Counted from the stretch's first letter, positions 1-12,001 are shown. The stretch: DNA of 64,000 nucleotides from an uncultured delta proteobacterium (GCA_963727445.1 CAVSGI010000015.1:288001-352000); one strand, 5' to 3'. The notes: generated by a model not told the origin, from the letters alone. Numbers and translations: made by a program.

Positions 1-1
1 C

Positions 2-484
2 CTCGTCGACAACGACTGCGACGCGACGATCGATGAAGGCGACGCGTGCGCGGCGCTCTCCGCCGCGGCCGTTCTCACCCGCTACTGGCCTCCGAGCGGC
101 TCCGGCGTGCTCCCCGGGACGGCCCAACTCTTCGTGATGCGCGAATCCGCGCCAGAAGACTGCAGCGCGCCGAACGTGCGGGTCGAGGTGAGGCCTGGCG
201 AGATCCTCTGCGTCTCGCCGCCTCCCCGCGACTGTCCCGAGGGCACCCGCTACGACTGGGTCGACGGCTCCTGGGCCTGTGTGCGCTGCGAGCTGTTGGT
301 CCAGTTCGGAGGCCTCTTCGACTACGAGCGAACCTGTGCTCCCGCCCCCGACATCCTCTGTCCCGCCGGCCAGGTCCCCACCTACGGCGCCGAGACCCGC
401 GCCTGGGAGTGCATCCCGGAATGCGACAACGGCAGCTACGACCGGGCCTACCACGAGGGAACGTTGGTTTGCGTCCCGTGTTGA
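2..484 (+). CDS. Partial (5'-truncated) Cys-rich extracellular protein with MopE-like putative metal-binding motif
   Basis: Frame is open from the window edge and reads LVDNDCDATIDEGDAC; in frame with ORF 107..484; Cys-rich C-terminus. Confidence 0.7.
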   Translation, partial: LVDNDCDATIDEGDACAALSAAAVLTRYWPPSGSGVLPGTAQLFVMRESAPEDCSAPNVRVEVRPGEILCVSPPPRDCPEGTRYDWVDGSWACVRCELLVQFGGLFDYERTCAPAPDILCPAGQVPTYGAETRAWECIPECDNGSYDRAYHEGTLVCVPC

Positions 485-491
485 GTCTCGC

Positions 492-1271
492 TCAAGTGCT
501 CGCGACCACGCCGGGGTGAACCGCCACGCCCGATCCTTCCGCGAGGGCGACCGAGAACGGCTCTTCGTCCGTGAGGAACGCCCATGCGTCTCCGTAGGCC
601 GCACCGAAGTCCACGTCGATGTCGTGACTCCGCACCTCGTAGACCCGCCAGCGTGGATGGTGCACGCGGTACTCCACCCGGCGGCCCTCGCGGTCCGTTC
701 CGAAGCCGTGGTCGTGCTCCTTGAAGAAGTGCTCGATGGAGCCCTCGTCGGGCAGATAGGGTGTGGGCGCGCCCACCACCTCGAGCTCGTGGGTCCGGCC
801 ACCGAAGCGGAAGCGGTGGCGGACGCGAATCGACTCGGCGTCGTGATGCACCTCGCTCTCCATGTCCGCCGCCGAATAGGGCTCGCCATAGAGCGTGCGC
901 GCGGCCCAGGCGACGAAGGCCTGCGGCACCAGCTCGCGGACGAAGGCCACGCCGCGCTTTCCGTCGCGCCGTACGTAGACCCGGAGGTTCACCTCTGGGA
1001 AATTCACGAAGCCCGGCCAGCGGATGCCCCCCACACGGGTATCGAGGAAGTCGAAGGCGACCAGGCTCACGAAGGCGTTGCCCTCGGTGCTGTCACGATA
1101 GGACCCGGTGGTGGGCAGCCGATCGGCTTCGCATCCCGGCGGCAGGATCTCGGCGATGCGGTCGGGACGGATCGCGTAGGTGACGAGCGCCAGGTTTTCC
1201 CAGCGAGCGGTGAGAAAGGGCGAGGCCACGAGGCGGAAGGTATCAGGCCCGCCGCCTCTGCGTTCACTCAC
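492..1271 (-). CDS. DUF2071 (YqjF-like) family protein
   Basis: FLTARWENLALVTY, FPEVNLRVYV and YRVHHPRW segments typical of the family. Confidence 0.8.
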   Translation of the reverse strand: MSERRGGGPDTFRLVASPFLTARWENLALVTYAIRPDRIAEILPPGCEADRLPTTGSYRDSTEGNAFVSLVAFDFLDTRVGGIRWPGFVNFPEVNLRVYVRRDGKRGVAFVRELVPQAFVAWAARTLYGEPYSAADMESEVHHDAESIRVRHRFRFGGRTHELEVVGAPTPYLPDEGSIEHFFKEHDHGFGTDREGRRVEYRVHHPRWRVYEVRSHDIDVDFGAAYGDAWAFLTDEEPFSVALAEGSGVAVHPGVVAST

Positions 1272-1321
1272 GCGACGGCTCGGACCATTCGCCCTAGACT
1301 CCCGGCCCCCACAGCGAGGTC

Positions 1322-2527
1322 ATGAACATGAAGAAGCTCCCCAAGGAAATCTGGATCGTCGCCGCGAAGCGGACCCCCTTCGGCACCCTGAGCGGCGCGC
1401 TCAAGAGCGTCAGCGCCATCGACCTCGCGGTCCACGCGAGCAAGGCCGCCATCGCGCAGTCGGGCCTGAGCCCCGACGAGATCGACCAGACCATCCTCGG
1501 CAACGTGCAGCAGACCAGCCCCGACGCCATCTACGGCGCGCGCCACGTCGGCCTCAAGAGCGGCCTGCCCATCGACAAGCCCGCCCTCACCGTGAACCGC
1601 CTCTGCGGCTCGGGCTTCCAGGCGGTGGTCACCGCGGCCGAGCAGATCCTCCTCGGCGACGCCAAGGCGGTCCTCGCCGCCGGCTCCGAGTCCATGAGCC
1701 AGGCGCCCCACGTCATCTACGGCATGCGCGACGGCGCCGCCCGCTTCGGCAAGCCGCCGAAGCTCACCGACTCGCTCTGGGACGCCCTCACCGACAGCTA
1801 TGTGAAGACCCCCATGGCGATGACCGCCGAGAACCTCGGCGACGAGTACGGCATCACCCGCGAGATGAGCGACGAGTTCGCGCTGAAGTCGCAGCAGCGC
1901 TGGGCGGCGGCTCACGAGTCGGGCGGCTTCGCCGACGAGATCGCGCCGATGGAGATCCCGTCGCGCAAGAAGACGATCACCGTCGACCGCGACGAGCACC
2001 CACGCCCCGAAACCACGATGGAGATCCTCGCGAAGCTCCCGCCCGTCTTCAAGAAGGACGGCCTGGTGACCGCGGGCAACGCCAGCGGCATTTGCGACGG
2101 CGCCGCGGCGCTCCTCGTGGTCGACGGTGAGTGGGCCAAGGGCCGCGGCCTGTCGCCCCTCGCCAAGCTCGTGAACTGGGGCGTCGCCGGCGTCGATCCC
2201 AACATCATGGGCATCGGCCCCGCCCCAGCGATCCGCAACGCCCTCGAGCGCGCCGGCCTCGCCCAGGACGACATCGACCTCTTCGACGTCAACGAAGCCT
2301 TCGCCCCGCAGTTCCTCGCGGTGCAGAAGGAGCTCGGCCTGCCCGAGGATCGCACCAACGTCAACGGCGGCGCGATCGCCCTCGGCCATCCCCTCGGCGC
2401 CACCGGCGCGCGCATCACCACCAACCTGATCTACACGCTCAAGAAGCAGGGCAAGAACCTGGCGGTGGGCTCGGCCTGCATCGGCGGCGGTCAGGGTATC
2501 GCGGTGGTCCTCGAAGCCGCCGGCTGA
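1322..2527 (+). CDS. Acetyl-CoA C-acyltransferase (thiolase)
   Basis: NRLCGSG catalytic Cys, NEAFA, GGAIALGHPLGATG, CIGGGQG. Confidence 0.95.
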   Translation: MNMKKLPKEIWIVAAKRTPFGTLSGALKSVSAIDLAVHASKAAIAQSGLSPDEIDQTILGNVQQTSPDAIYGARHVGLKSGLPIDKPALTVNRLCGSGFQAVVTAAEQILLGDAKAVLAAGSESMSQAPHVIYGMRDGAARFGKPPKLTDSLWDALTDSYVKTPMAMTAENLGDEYGITREMSDEFALKSQQRWAAAHESGGFADEIAPMEIPSRKKTITVDRDEHPRPETTMEILAKLPPVFKKDGLVTAGNASGICDGAAALLVVDGEWAKGRGLSPLAKLVNWGVAGVDPNIMGIGPAPAIRNALERAGLAQDDIDLFDVNEAFAPQFLAVQKELGLPEDRTNVNGGAIALGHPLGATGARITTNLIYTLKKQGKNLAVGSACIGGGQGIAVVLEAAG

Positions 2528-2585
2528 GGTCGCTCCGAGGACGCGATCGTCGTCGTACGGCCGAGGCGGGGGTACCCTCTGGGCT

Positions 2586-3539
2586 GTGCGGACGACGACG
2601 TGCATCGTGGCGGCGAGCGTCGCGCTCGGGCTCATCGGATGCTCCGAACGAGCCCGGGAGCTCGAGTGGGAGATCGCTTTTGGGGCGGGCGTGAGCGACG
2701 CGCGTGCCCTTCGCGTGGAGACGCGCATCCTCGCGGGCGGCTGCACGTCGGCAGAGGAAGTCTATGGAGCCGACGTGCGCCCCTCCGCCCCCACCGGCCC
2801 ACGACCCGACGCGCTGTCCCCCGGCGCCTACGGCTTCTCCGCCGTGGCCGTAGACGATGGCTGCGTGCCTTTCGCGCGGGGCTGCACCCAGGTGACCCTC
2901 CCGCTCGCCGACGGCGAACGCGTGAGGGTGATGCTCGACGCGGACGACTCGGCCATGGCGCGATGCCCGGCGAGCGCGTGCATGACGGGCGTGTGCAATG
3001 GGATCGACGCAGGCGGCGGCGATGCGACTGTCGACGCGGACGGGGCTGCGCCCGACGCCTTCGACGCAGCCCCCGACGCGGCGCTCGGCGGGCAGGCCGA
3101 CGTCTGCGAGACCGACGGCGACTGCATGGACGGCTTCTCCTGCGTCCTCGTGCGCAGCGACGGCGCGCCGCCCTACCTCTGCGCGCGCGACTGCATGACC
3201 GACGCCGACTGTCCCGACGCGCCGGGATCGGTCTGCCGCGACCGAGGCGCGGATCGCGTCTGCACCACCAACTGTGATCCGCGGGACGTCGAGGCCTGTC
3301 CCATGGGCACCAAGTGCGTCGTCATCGGCAACAGCGGAGAGGAGACTCAGTGTGCGGCCGCCGGGACCGGCGGCTGCGCGGGCGGCGACTTCTGCCCACC
3401 CGGCCGGCGATGCTGCTGCGAGACCATCATCGGCTGCCGCCCCTACTGCGACACCCGCGAGCCGACCGCCGGGCAGTGCGACGCCGGCCAGGACTGCCTC
3501 CCGATGAACATGATCGGGCCTTGGGGTGTGTGCCTCTGA
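2586..3539 (+). CDS. Cys-rich lipoprotein, hypothetical
   Basis: Lipobox LIGC, DAG linker, repeated CxxDxDC motifs; TACCCT 7 nt before GTG. Confidence 0.75.
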   Translation: MRTTTCIVAASVALGLIGCSERARELEWEIAFGAGVSDARALRVETRILAGGCTSAEEVYGADVRPSAPTGPRPDALSPGAYGFSAVAVDDGCVPFARGCTQVTLPLADGERVRVMLDADDSAMARCPASACMTGVCNGIDAGGGDATVDADGAAPDAFDAAPDAALGGQADVCETDGDCMDGFSCVLVRSDGAPPYLCARDCMTDADCPDAPGSVCRDRGADRVCTTNCDPRDVEACPMGTKCVVIGNSGEETQCAAAGTGGCAGGDFCPPGRRCCCETIIGCRPYCDTREPTAGQCDAGQDCLPMNMIGPWGVCL

Positions 3540-3582
3540 GGCATGATCGCGAGCCGAGGGTGGGTGCGTGTATTCTTCGCGG

Positions 3583-5586
3583 ATGAGATCCTTCGCTGCT
3601 TCTTTCACGCTCGCGACGCTCATCGTTTCCAACACTGCCCACGCCTACCTCGACGTCGTCGCCTTCACCGGCGACGTCGCGGTGTTGGGTGTCGAGTTCC
3701 AGGGGGACGCCCTCGCCTTCAGTGTCAACGGAGCCGACCAGCTCGCCTTCACCTTCCCGGGGCAGTCAGCCACGGACTCGGCGGTGCGCGGCGACGCCGT
3801 GTGGATGCGCGAAGGGGCGACGCTCACCCTGGTGGCCGGCCCCGACTTTCCCGGCGTCACGCGCCTCATCGACTTCGCACCCGACATCCCCTCGCGCCTC
3901 GCCAGCCGTCTCTTCTTCGACGACGACGGAACCATCTATCTGATGGGAACGGAGTCCGGTAACGACGCGATCTACGCGCTGCACACGACCGACGGAACCC
4001 ATGATGTGGTCGCGCGGGAGGGAGATGCGGCGCCCGGCGGCGGCACCTACAGCGCGCTCGACGGTTTTCAGATGCACGCCGGCGGCCCGCTCGTCTTCCA
4101 CGCGACCGCCTCTGGCGCTGCGGGCATCTTCGCCTACGAGGACGGGGCCGTGCGCCGCGTCGTCTCGGTCGGCGACACGCTCCTGGGACGCACGGTGGAC
4201 CTCGTCGGAGAGGCCGCTGCCGACTCGGGAGGCAGGATCTACTTCGACGCGACCGTGAGCGACACGTCGGGAAGCGCCGGGGGCATCTTCCTGCACGATG
4301 GGACCTCGTTCTCGCAGGTGGTCGCGCCGGCGCCGGAAGCTGCGGACGCCGTGGAGAGCATCACGGGCTTTCAGGTCGCCCCGAACGCAGGGCTCTTCTG
4401 GTCGGGCGCCAAGTGGACGGACGCCGGAGGCGGGAGCTTCATCCCCGAGCCGGTGCTCGTGAACGTCGCTACGGGTGGAAGCGAGACGACGCTCCTGTCG
4501 GCCGCGACCGACCTGGGTGGAAACACCTTCGAAGGGGTCATCCAGTTCGCAGTCAGCAACGAGGGGGTCGTGGTCGACGCCTCGGTCGCGGACGGCGTCG
4601 GCACCGTGGAGGCCCTCGTGAGCGTCTCCATCGACGGCACCGCTCGACTCCACACAGTCGTTGGACAGGTGATCTCCGGGCTCGACCACTCGTACGGCGC
4701 GCTGAGCCAGCTGACCGGCATCTCGACAGGCAGGTTCTACGTGAAAGCGTTCGATGGGACGGGTAACGACGTCGTCGATTCGTTCGCGATGGATACCCCG
4801 TCCCCCGTCCTGAAGAAGGGCGGCTTCATCGACGAGCCCGAGACCCTGGTCGCCGACACGATGGGCTTCTACCGCAACGCAGGTGTCTCCTGGCCGCTCA
4901 CCAGCGGTGGACGGGCTTGCTTGCAGGTCACCACCAACGACTTCAAGTCGGCGATTGCCTGCGACACCGACATCTTCGCGACAGCAATCGACTCACTCGT
5001 GGTCGAGGGCTCGCTCACCGTCGACACGACTAGGGCGTCGCAGCAGCTGACCGCGGACGCCTCGATCAAGGTGTCAGGCACCTCGGTTGCGCCGACCTGG
5101 ATGCTCGAAGGGACCTTCTCCCAACCGGTGCAGGGCGGGCGCATCTTCGTGGTCGATACGCTCCTCGCCGAGCACCCAGAGCTCTGCGACTTCATCCTCG
5201 ACGGGGAGCTCGCCACGGGCTTTCGCTGCTCACAGACCGATGCGGCGGTCTTCGGACTCGATTCCGCCGGCCTCGGGATGGACGCGTTGTTCGACATGCC
5301 GAGCGGATTCACCGAAGACACACTCACCGTGACGTGGAACCTCACAGGTGAAGACGAAGCTGGGCAGGCCCTGACGTCTGGGACGGACACGACCACCCTC
5401 ACCAACCTGCACATGGCGTTGGGCCTCACGGGCGCGGACGGCGGCACGGATGCGGGCGCCGACGGGGGAGGCATGGGAAGCGGCGGCGGGGGCATCTGCT
5501 CCTCCGCCGGCTCCCTCGACAGCACCCCCGCCCACCTCGCGGTCACCTGCCTCCTCCTCTTCGCCGCCCGTCGCCGGCGGCGCTGA
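3583..5586 (+). CDS. Secreted beta-rich protein with MYXO-CTERM-like sorting tail
   Basis: Signal peptide ending AHA; VAREGDAAPGGG propeller-like repeats; tail GGGICS, hydrophobic segment, RRRRR. Confidence 0.75.
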   Translation: MRSFAASFTLATLIVSNTAHAYLDVVAFTGDVAVLGVEFQGDALAFSVNGADQLAFTFPGQSATDSAVRGDAVWMREGATLTLVAGPDFPGVTRLIDFAPDIPSRLASRLFFDDDGTIYLMGTESGNDAIYALHTTDGTHDVVAREGDAAPGGGTYSALDGFQMHAGGPLVFHATASGAAGIFAYEDGAVRRVVSVGDTLLGRTVDLVGEAAADSGGRIYFDATVSDTSGSAGGIFLHDGTSFSQVVAPAPEAADAVESITGFQVAPNAGLFWSGAKWTDAGGGSFIPEPVLVNVATGGSETTLLSAATDLGGNTFEGVIQFAVSNEGVVVDASVADGVGTVEALVSVSIDGTARLHTVVGQVISGLDHSYGALSQLTGISTGRFYVKAFDGTGNDVVDSFAMDTPSPVLKKGGFIDEPETLVADTMGFYRNAGVSWPLTSGGRACLQVTTNDFKSAIACDTDIFATAIDSLVVEGSLTVDTTRASQQLTADASIKVSGTSVAPTWMLEGTFSQPVQGGRIFVVDTLLAEHPELCDFILDGELATGFRCSQTDAAVFGLDSAGLGMDALFDMPSGFTEDTLTVTWNLTGEDEAGQALTSGTDTTTLTNLHMALGLTGADGGTDAGADGGGMGSGGGGICSSAGSLDSTPAHLAVTCLLLFAARRRRR

Positions 5587-5603
5587 GGTAGCCTCCCCCG
5601 CAC

Positions 5604-7262
5604 ATGGGGGAATCGACCGGCGAATCAGAGGAGGCCCAGAGCCCCGAAGAGGAGCGCGCCGCGAAGAAGCAGCGCGCCATCGTTCGGCGTGTCCTCTTCT
5701 TCGTCGCGCCGATGATCCCCACGCTGATCATCCCGTGGAAGATCGGCTTCGGCTGGGAGATGAACGAGCGGACGGATACGACCGCTTTCGTCTCGGTTCC
5801 GCTCATCGCCCTCGCGGCGACCGTGGTCGCCCTCATGAAGAAGCGCTCACTCCTCGTGCGCTCACTGATCCTGGGCGGCCTCGGCGTGGCGCTCCTGGTG
5901 ATCGCGGACGACTTCCTCACCGCGCCGCGGGTGATCCGCGAATACGACCGCGACATCCAGAACCTCGACGCCTACGCGCTCTATGTCGGTCTGGGTGTAC
6001 CGCTCCTCGCGCTCACCATGGAGCTCTTCGCCGCCCTCGATCGCCGCTCGCGCCCGCGCGCGCTCCTCGCGGGGGCGGGCTGGGCGACACTGGTGCTCGC
6101 CTTCTTCGTCCCGATGCGAAGCGACCGCGTCGAGTCCATGCCCTTCCTGGTGATGACGGAGCTGGTGGACGACGCGCAACACACGCCGGGCAAGCTCCTC
6201 CTCGCCGCGCCCATGAGCATCGTGCTGCTCTTGTCGATCGGCGCGGCGACTCTCACCATTCTCCGTCTGATCGGCGACGCCGAGCAGCGCGAGAAGTGGC
6301 GCCCGCGCTCGGGCTGCCTCGCCATCGGGATCGGCGTCGTGCCCGCGGTGCTCTGCCTGCTCGGGTTCACGCTCGGCGCGATCATGGACGAGATAGAATG
6401 GCTGGGCACCGCGATCGACGGGGGACTTTGGACGCTGGGCTTCTGGCTGGGGATGCCGGCGCTCCTCGCGGCGGGGCTCGACGGCCTCGCCACCACGACC
6501 TCCCTCGCCTTCGGCCGGGGCGAGCCGACGCACGTGAAGCGCGCCCGCCTCGGGCTCGGGATGGTGCTGGGGCTGTCGGTCCTCTCCTGCCTCACGCCGG
6601 TGGCGCTGAACCTGATGCCGGACTCTCGCGACGACGACGCCGGTGAGCTCCTCCTCGAGATCGCGCACGAGATTGTCGACACCAGCATGGGCGCCGAGCC
6701 CGACGTGCGCTTCGTCGGCGGGTACTCGGAGTTCGATCTGCGTGGCTCACGGGGCGCACTCCGGAGCGCCGCCGGCCAGGCGACGCCCGAGCTCCTCTAC
6801 GCGACCTTCGAGATGACCGTCACCAACCCGCGCGAAGCGACGGTGCTTCTCGGCATCGATCCCGATGGCGGCCTCCACTTCGTTGGCGGCAGCGCTCAGA
6901 TCGACGGATACCCAGTCTGGGAAACGCTGCGCCGCGCCTCCGAGCCTCTCGCCGACCTCGCGGATCGCATCGAGGAGGGCCTGACCTCCGTCACCTGCCT
7001 GCCCGCGGAGGCGCCCCCGGCGTTGCCAGAGCTCGACGCCGATCCCAGCGCTCTCGCTGGGCTCTGCAGCGCGACTCCCACGGGCGAAACGATTCCTCGT
7101 CGTATTCGCGACATCCCGTTCAGCACCGCAAACCCCGCGGCCGGAACCGGCGCCTACCGCGTCTGGGTAGACGCCGGCGGCACCACGCGCATCCTCGAGG
7201 GACGCCTCTACAGCCACGAAGGCCGGCTGTGGATCGGCAAGGCCACCCTCGCCGGCGAATGA
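5604..7262 (+). CDS. Multi-pass membrane protein, hypothetical
   Basis: Many hydrophobic helices followed by a soluble C-terminal domain; fills the space between neighbours. Confidence 0.7.
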   Translation: MGESTGESEEAQSPEEERAAKKQRAIVRRVLFFVAPMIPTLIIPWKIGFGWEMNERTDTTAFVSVPLIALAATVVALMKKRSLLVRSLILGGLGVALLVIADDFLTAPRVIREYDRDIQNLDAYALYVGLGVPLLALTMELFAALDRRSRPRALLAGAGWATLVLAFFVPMRSDRVESMPFLVMTELVDDAQHTPGKLLLAAPMSIVLLLSIGAATLTILRLIGDAEQREKWRPRSGCLAIGIGVVPAVLCLLGFTLGAIMDEIEWLGTAIDGGLWTLGFWLGMPALLAAGLDGLATTTSLAFGRGEPTHVKRARLGLGMVLGLSVLSCLTPVALNLMPDSRDDDAGELLLEIAHEIVDTSMGAEPDVRFVGGYSEFDLRGSRGALRSAAGQATPELLYATFEMTVTNPREATVLLGIDPDGGLHFVGGSAQIDGYPVWETLRRASEPLADLADRIEEGLTSVTCLPAEAPPALPELDADPSALAGLCSATPTGETIPRRIRDIPFSTANPAAGTGAYRVWVDAGGTTRILEGRLYSHEGRLWIGKATLAGE

Positions 7263-7278
7263 GCGCCCGTGCTTCGGA

Positions 7279-9228
7279 TCAGAGCGTCTCGAGATAGGTG
7301 ACGAGGTCGTCGAGCTGTGCGTCGTCGAGGTCGGAGGTGTGCCCATGCATGTCGCCGCCGCCGCAAGTGGCGTCGGTCAGGCGCGCGCGGAAATCCGACG
7401 CGCATCCGTCGTGCATGTAGGGTGCCCTGTAGCGAACGCCGATGAGCGAGGGGACCTGAAGCGGGCCACCCGTGCCGACGTCGACGGTCGTCGAGTTCGT
7501 GAGCAGCGGTCCCGCGTGACAGGTCGCGCAGCCCACCTCCGCGGAGGCGAAGAGCGCCTCGCCGCGCGCGACGGCCGCAGGGTCGGTGGGCTCGGGGCGA
7601 GGCGGTGGGGCGAGCGAATCCAGCCACTGCGCGAAGACCGCCATCTGCTCGTCGCTCAGCGGGGGACCCGACATCCGTCCCTCGAAGACCATGTGCACGA
7701 GCATCTCGAAGCTCGTCATGTCGCCCGACCAGTGGAAGGGCTCGGTGCCGAGGAGGGCGCCGGCGAAGTGCTGGGTCCGGCGCAGGCCCGCGCCCGAGAA
7801 GAACCAGACGCGGCCGTCGTCCCCGCCCTCGGGGTGACAAGATGCGCAGGCGAGGCCGGCGCTCGTCGCGGTGTGGAAGATCCGGAAACCGGTGTTGGAG
7901 CGCTCTTCGGACGAGAGCCGCACCATCGCCGACGATCCGTCCGGTCGGACGATGACCAGACGCGAGATGGCCTGGTAGACCGCGACGGTCGTGTTGTCCT
8001 GGCCCCACGCCACAGCCACCGGGGTGGAGAGCTCGGGCGGATTCGGCAGCACGCGCAGGGGTGTGAGGCAGTTCGAATGGATCGTGTCGGGCGGCGGGGT
8101 CGAGACCGACGTGCCCATCGGCGCTTCGACGCTCGGCTCGAAGGCGGAGGGGGTGGGGGTGGGCGCGTCGATGTTGTCGGCGATCGTCGTACCGAAGACC
8201 ATGGCCTCGTTCGAGCCTGGAGCCGCGACGAGCATCTCGTCGCCGCTCGGCGACAGAGCCAGGTCCACGCCGAGCGCGGTCCGCGCCAGGGTGCCGACGT
8301 CGCTGGTGCTACCGTCGGTGCCGACCCAGGTGGTGGCGGTGTCGACCACCCCGTCGCACTCCTCGAAGCCGCCGCCGTAGCTGCCCTCCGAACGCGGCTC
8401 GTCCGCGTCGTCGAGGACGCCGCTGGTCGCGCGCTGGTGCAGCACGTAAGCGCCGCCGCCCGCGGCGATCATCCGCCACGCGACCGCGGCTTCGGACACC
8501 ACCTGGGTCTCGTCCGGTCGGGGCTCGCGGGTGGGACGAAGCGGGGCCGAGTCGGGGAAGGTGACGACCTGCCGAAGGGTCTCGCCCGCCGCGTCGAAGA
8601 GCAGCACCTCGGCGGCGCGGAACCGGCTCACCATGAGCGTGTCGTCCTCTGCCACGACCACGTCTCTGATGTCGCTCGGCGCCGAATGGCGCGCGGTGAC
8701 GGGGCCGCCGGCCGCCGGGAGAAAGACGAGCTCGCCCTCGGCGCAGGCGACGATGAGCGCGTCGTCACTGGCGCGATAGGCGATGCCGCGGGGCGCCGCA
8801 CAGACCGCGCGTCGGTCGAGGATGGTGCCGGCGCGGGGATCGATCGACACCACGGCGCCGCCGCGACGTAGCGCCACGTGAACGTGTCCGGCGCCGTCTT
8901 CGACCAGGCGCCCCGGCTCGTCACCGGCCTCGAGCTCCAGCGTCGCTCGCACGGCCAAGGGTTCGATGTCCACGACGAACACTTGGTCGAGGGAGGCGTC
9001 CGCGACGATCGCCAGCGCGTCGTCGTCGGTGACGAGGAGACCACCGCCCGATACCGGCGGCAGCGGGTCACCGGCGATGGGCTCGATCGGCGCAGGCTCG
9101 ATGCCCGAGTCGACCCCATCGACGCGATCGGGTGGCGGCGCCGGCGCGGCGTCATCGCCGCAAGCGGTGAGTAGAACGAGGGCGGGGATGACGAGGGAAA
9201 CGACCTTCATGGGATTTCGAGTCTCCAT
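7279..9228 (-). CDS. Lipoprotein with YncE-like beta-propeller and di-heme cytochrome c (CcP/MauG-like) domain
   Basis: Lipobox LTAC; CASCH and CATCH heme motifs; PSLIGVRYRAPYMHDG. Confidence 0.85.
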   Translation of the reverse strand: METRNPMKVVSLVIPALVLLTACGDDAAPAPPPDRVDGVDSGIEPAPIEPIAGDPLPPVSGGGLLVTDDDALAIVADASLDQVFVVDIEPLAVRATLELEAGDEPGRLVEDGAGHVHVALRRGGAVVSIDPRAGTILDRRAVCAAPRGIAYRASDDALIVACAEGELVFLPAAGGPVTARHSAPSDIRDVVVAEDDTLMVSRFRAAEVLLFDAAGETLRQVVTFPDSAPLRPTREPRPDETQVVSEAAVAWRMIAAGGGAYVLHQRATSGVLDDADEPRSEGSYGGGFEECDGVVDTATTWVGTDGSTSDVGTLARTALGVDLALSPSGDEMLVAAPGSNEAMVFGTTIADNIDAPTPTPSAFEPSVEAPMGTSVSTPPPDTIHSNCLTPLRVLPNPPELSTPVAVAWGQDNTTVAVYQAISRLVIVRPDGSSAMVRLSSEERSNTGFRIFHTATSAGLACASCHPEGGDDGRVWFFSGAGLRRTQHFAGALLGTEPFHWSGDMTSFEMLVHMVFEGRMSGPPLSDEQMAVFAQWLDSLAPPPRPEPTDPAAVARGEALFASAEVGCATCHAGPLLTNSTTVDVGTGGPLQVPSLIGVRYRAPYMHDGCASDFRARLTDATCGGGDMHGHTSDLDDAQLDDLVTYLETL

Positions 9229-9244
9229 GCGCGTGGGTCGTTCC

Positions 9245-9282
9245 GCACGCCGAAAAACTCCAATGCACGCCGAAAGAAACTC
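9245..9282. promoter_or_regulatory. Direct repeat upstream of the di-heme cytochrome gene, candidate operator
   Basis: GCACGCCGAAA at 9245 and 9265 (20-bp period), each followed by AACTC. Confidence 0.4.
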
Positions 9283-9327
9283 GCCCCATCCCCAAAGATG
9301 GATGTGAGCGCGCGTGCGCCGCGCCGC

Positions 9328-10422
9328 TCAGCGCTCGACGAGTCGCCAGACCTCTTGGATCGGCGCGATGTTGTCGTAACCACCGAGCATATAGGCGACG
9401 GCGTCGGGTCCGCCGGAGAGCGGCTGCGTGAAGCTGCGCGGCGTTGGTCCCCCCTCAGGGGTGACATCGGTCCACGTGTGGCTGCCGAGATCGTAATAGG
9501 CGAGGTCGCCGCTCACCTGGTCCGGATCGAGTCCCTGGTTGCCGAAACCGAGCACGAAGCCGTGCTCGTCGATGATCGGCATCCACGCGCCACGACGCGC
9601 GATGCCAGGATCGCCCGAGACGATCTCCTCGCTCCAGGTCTCGGTCTCGAGATCGAAGAGCCAGATGTCGTTGAAGAAGGCGGCGCCTTCGGGGCCGAGG
9701 GAGCCGCCGTAGAGCATCAGCGGGCCTTCGGGCGTCAGCGGTCCGAGGACCGCGTCGTAGCGCGCGCCCGGGCCGCCGCCGTCATCGATGGTCACCCACT
9801 CGGGGACCGACGGGTCGTAGCGGAAGGTCTCGTCGGAGAAGGTGCCCATGCCGTCGCCGACGCCGCCGCCGAAGAGGTAGATCTTGTCCGCCGCGTAGGT
9901 CATGGCGCAGCCGACGACGCCGCGCGGGGTGGAGGGGACGGGGATCTGCGTCCAGGTGCGCGCGTCCACGTCGAGCTCCCAGGTCTGGGCCTCGTACTCC
10001 TCACCGGCGCGGTCGCGGCCGCCGATGAAGACCACCACCTGACGGTCGGGATCCCAGGTCGCGCAGCCGCAGTAGCGGGGGCCGGGATTGTCGGTGGGGG
10101 TGACCTCGGTGATGTCGATGGCGCCGCTCGACATGTCGTAGAGGTACGCCTCCTCGAGCACCGAGCCCCGGCCGCCCTCGGCCTCGAAGGTCGCGCCGCC
10201 GAAGACGAGCGTGCGGTTTTCATCCATGCGCGACGCCATGAAGCCCCAGACACCCAGGGGGCCGTCCGCGGGGGGCGGGACGATCGCCTCCCAAGCGAAG
10301 CTCGGGGGAGGGGACGGCATCACGCCGGCGTCGCCCCCGGTGCCCGAATCGCCTGCGGCGGTGTCGTCACCCCCGCAGCCCTGGGCCGCGAGCAGCAGGG
10401 AAAGCAGCGTGATTCGAAGCAT
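9328..10422 (-). CDS. Kelch-repeat lipoprotein
   Basis: Lipobox AQGC; repeated FGG/YGG...W Kelch units. Confidence 0.85.
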   Translation of the reverse strand: MLRITLLSLLLAAQGCGGDDTAAGDSGTGGDAGVMPSPPPSFAWEAIVPPPADGPLGVWGFMASRMDENRTLVFGGATFEAEGGRGSVLEEAYLYDMSSGAIDITEVTPTDNPGPRYCGCATWDPDRQVVVFIGGRDRAGEEYEAQTWELDVDARTWTQIPVPSTPRGVVGCAMTYAADKIYLFGGGVGDGMGTFSDETFRYDPSVPEWVTIDDGGGPGARYDAVLGPLTPEGPLMLYGGSLGPEGAAFFNDIWLFDLETETWSEEIVSGDPGIARRGAWMPIIDEHGFVLGFGNQGLDPDQVSGDLAYYDLGSHTWTDVTPEGGPTPRSFTQPLSGGPDAVAYMLGGYDNIAPIQEVWRLVER

Positions 10423-10579
10423 CGCCCCCTCTCCAAAGCAACGATCTCACCCCCGCGCAAGGCCCGGACGCGCGCCTTCCACAACACCACCACAAATGGC
10501 CCGATCCTGTGAGCCTCCTCAGTCGGGCGCGGGGCAAGGTCGCTTTGCCCCGCCTGCCCCGCTGTCTACACTGCCCCGC

Positions 10580-11866
<1,287 letters not shown>

Positions 11867-11944
11867 CCCCGGACCTCACTCCGGGAGAAAGTTGCCAAGC
11901 TCGCTCCTGCGGACACTTGGGGGCTTGACTTCCGCTCGATCGGA

Positions 11945-11984
11945 GACCACTAGTCTAAACACTAGTCCGACCACTGGTCTAAAC
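11945..11984. promoter_or_regulatory. Tandem 12-bp semi-palindromic repeats, probable TetR operator
   Basis: GACCACTAGTCT / AAACACTAGTCC / GACCACTGGTCT just upstream of the TetR gene; TTGACT at 11925. Confidence 0.65.
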
Positions 11985-12001
11985 GGAAGGATGGAGCCGG
12001 C

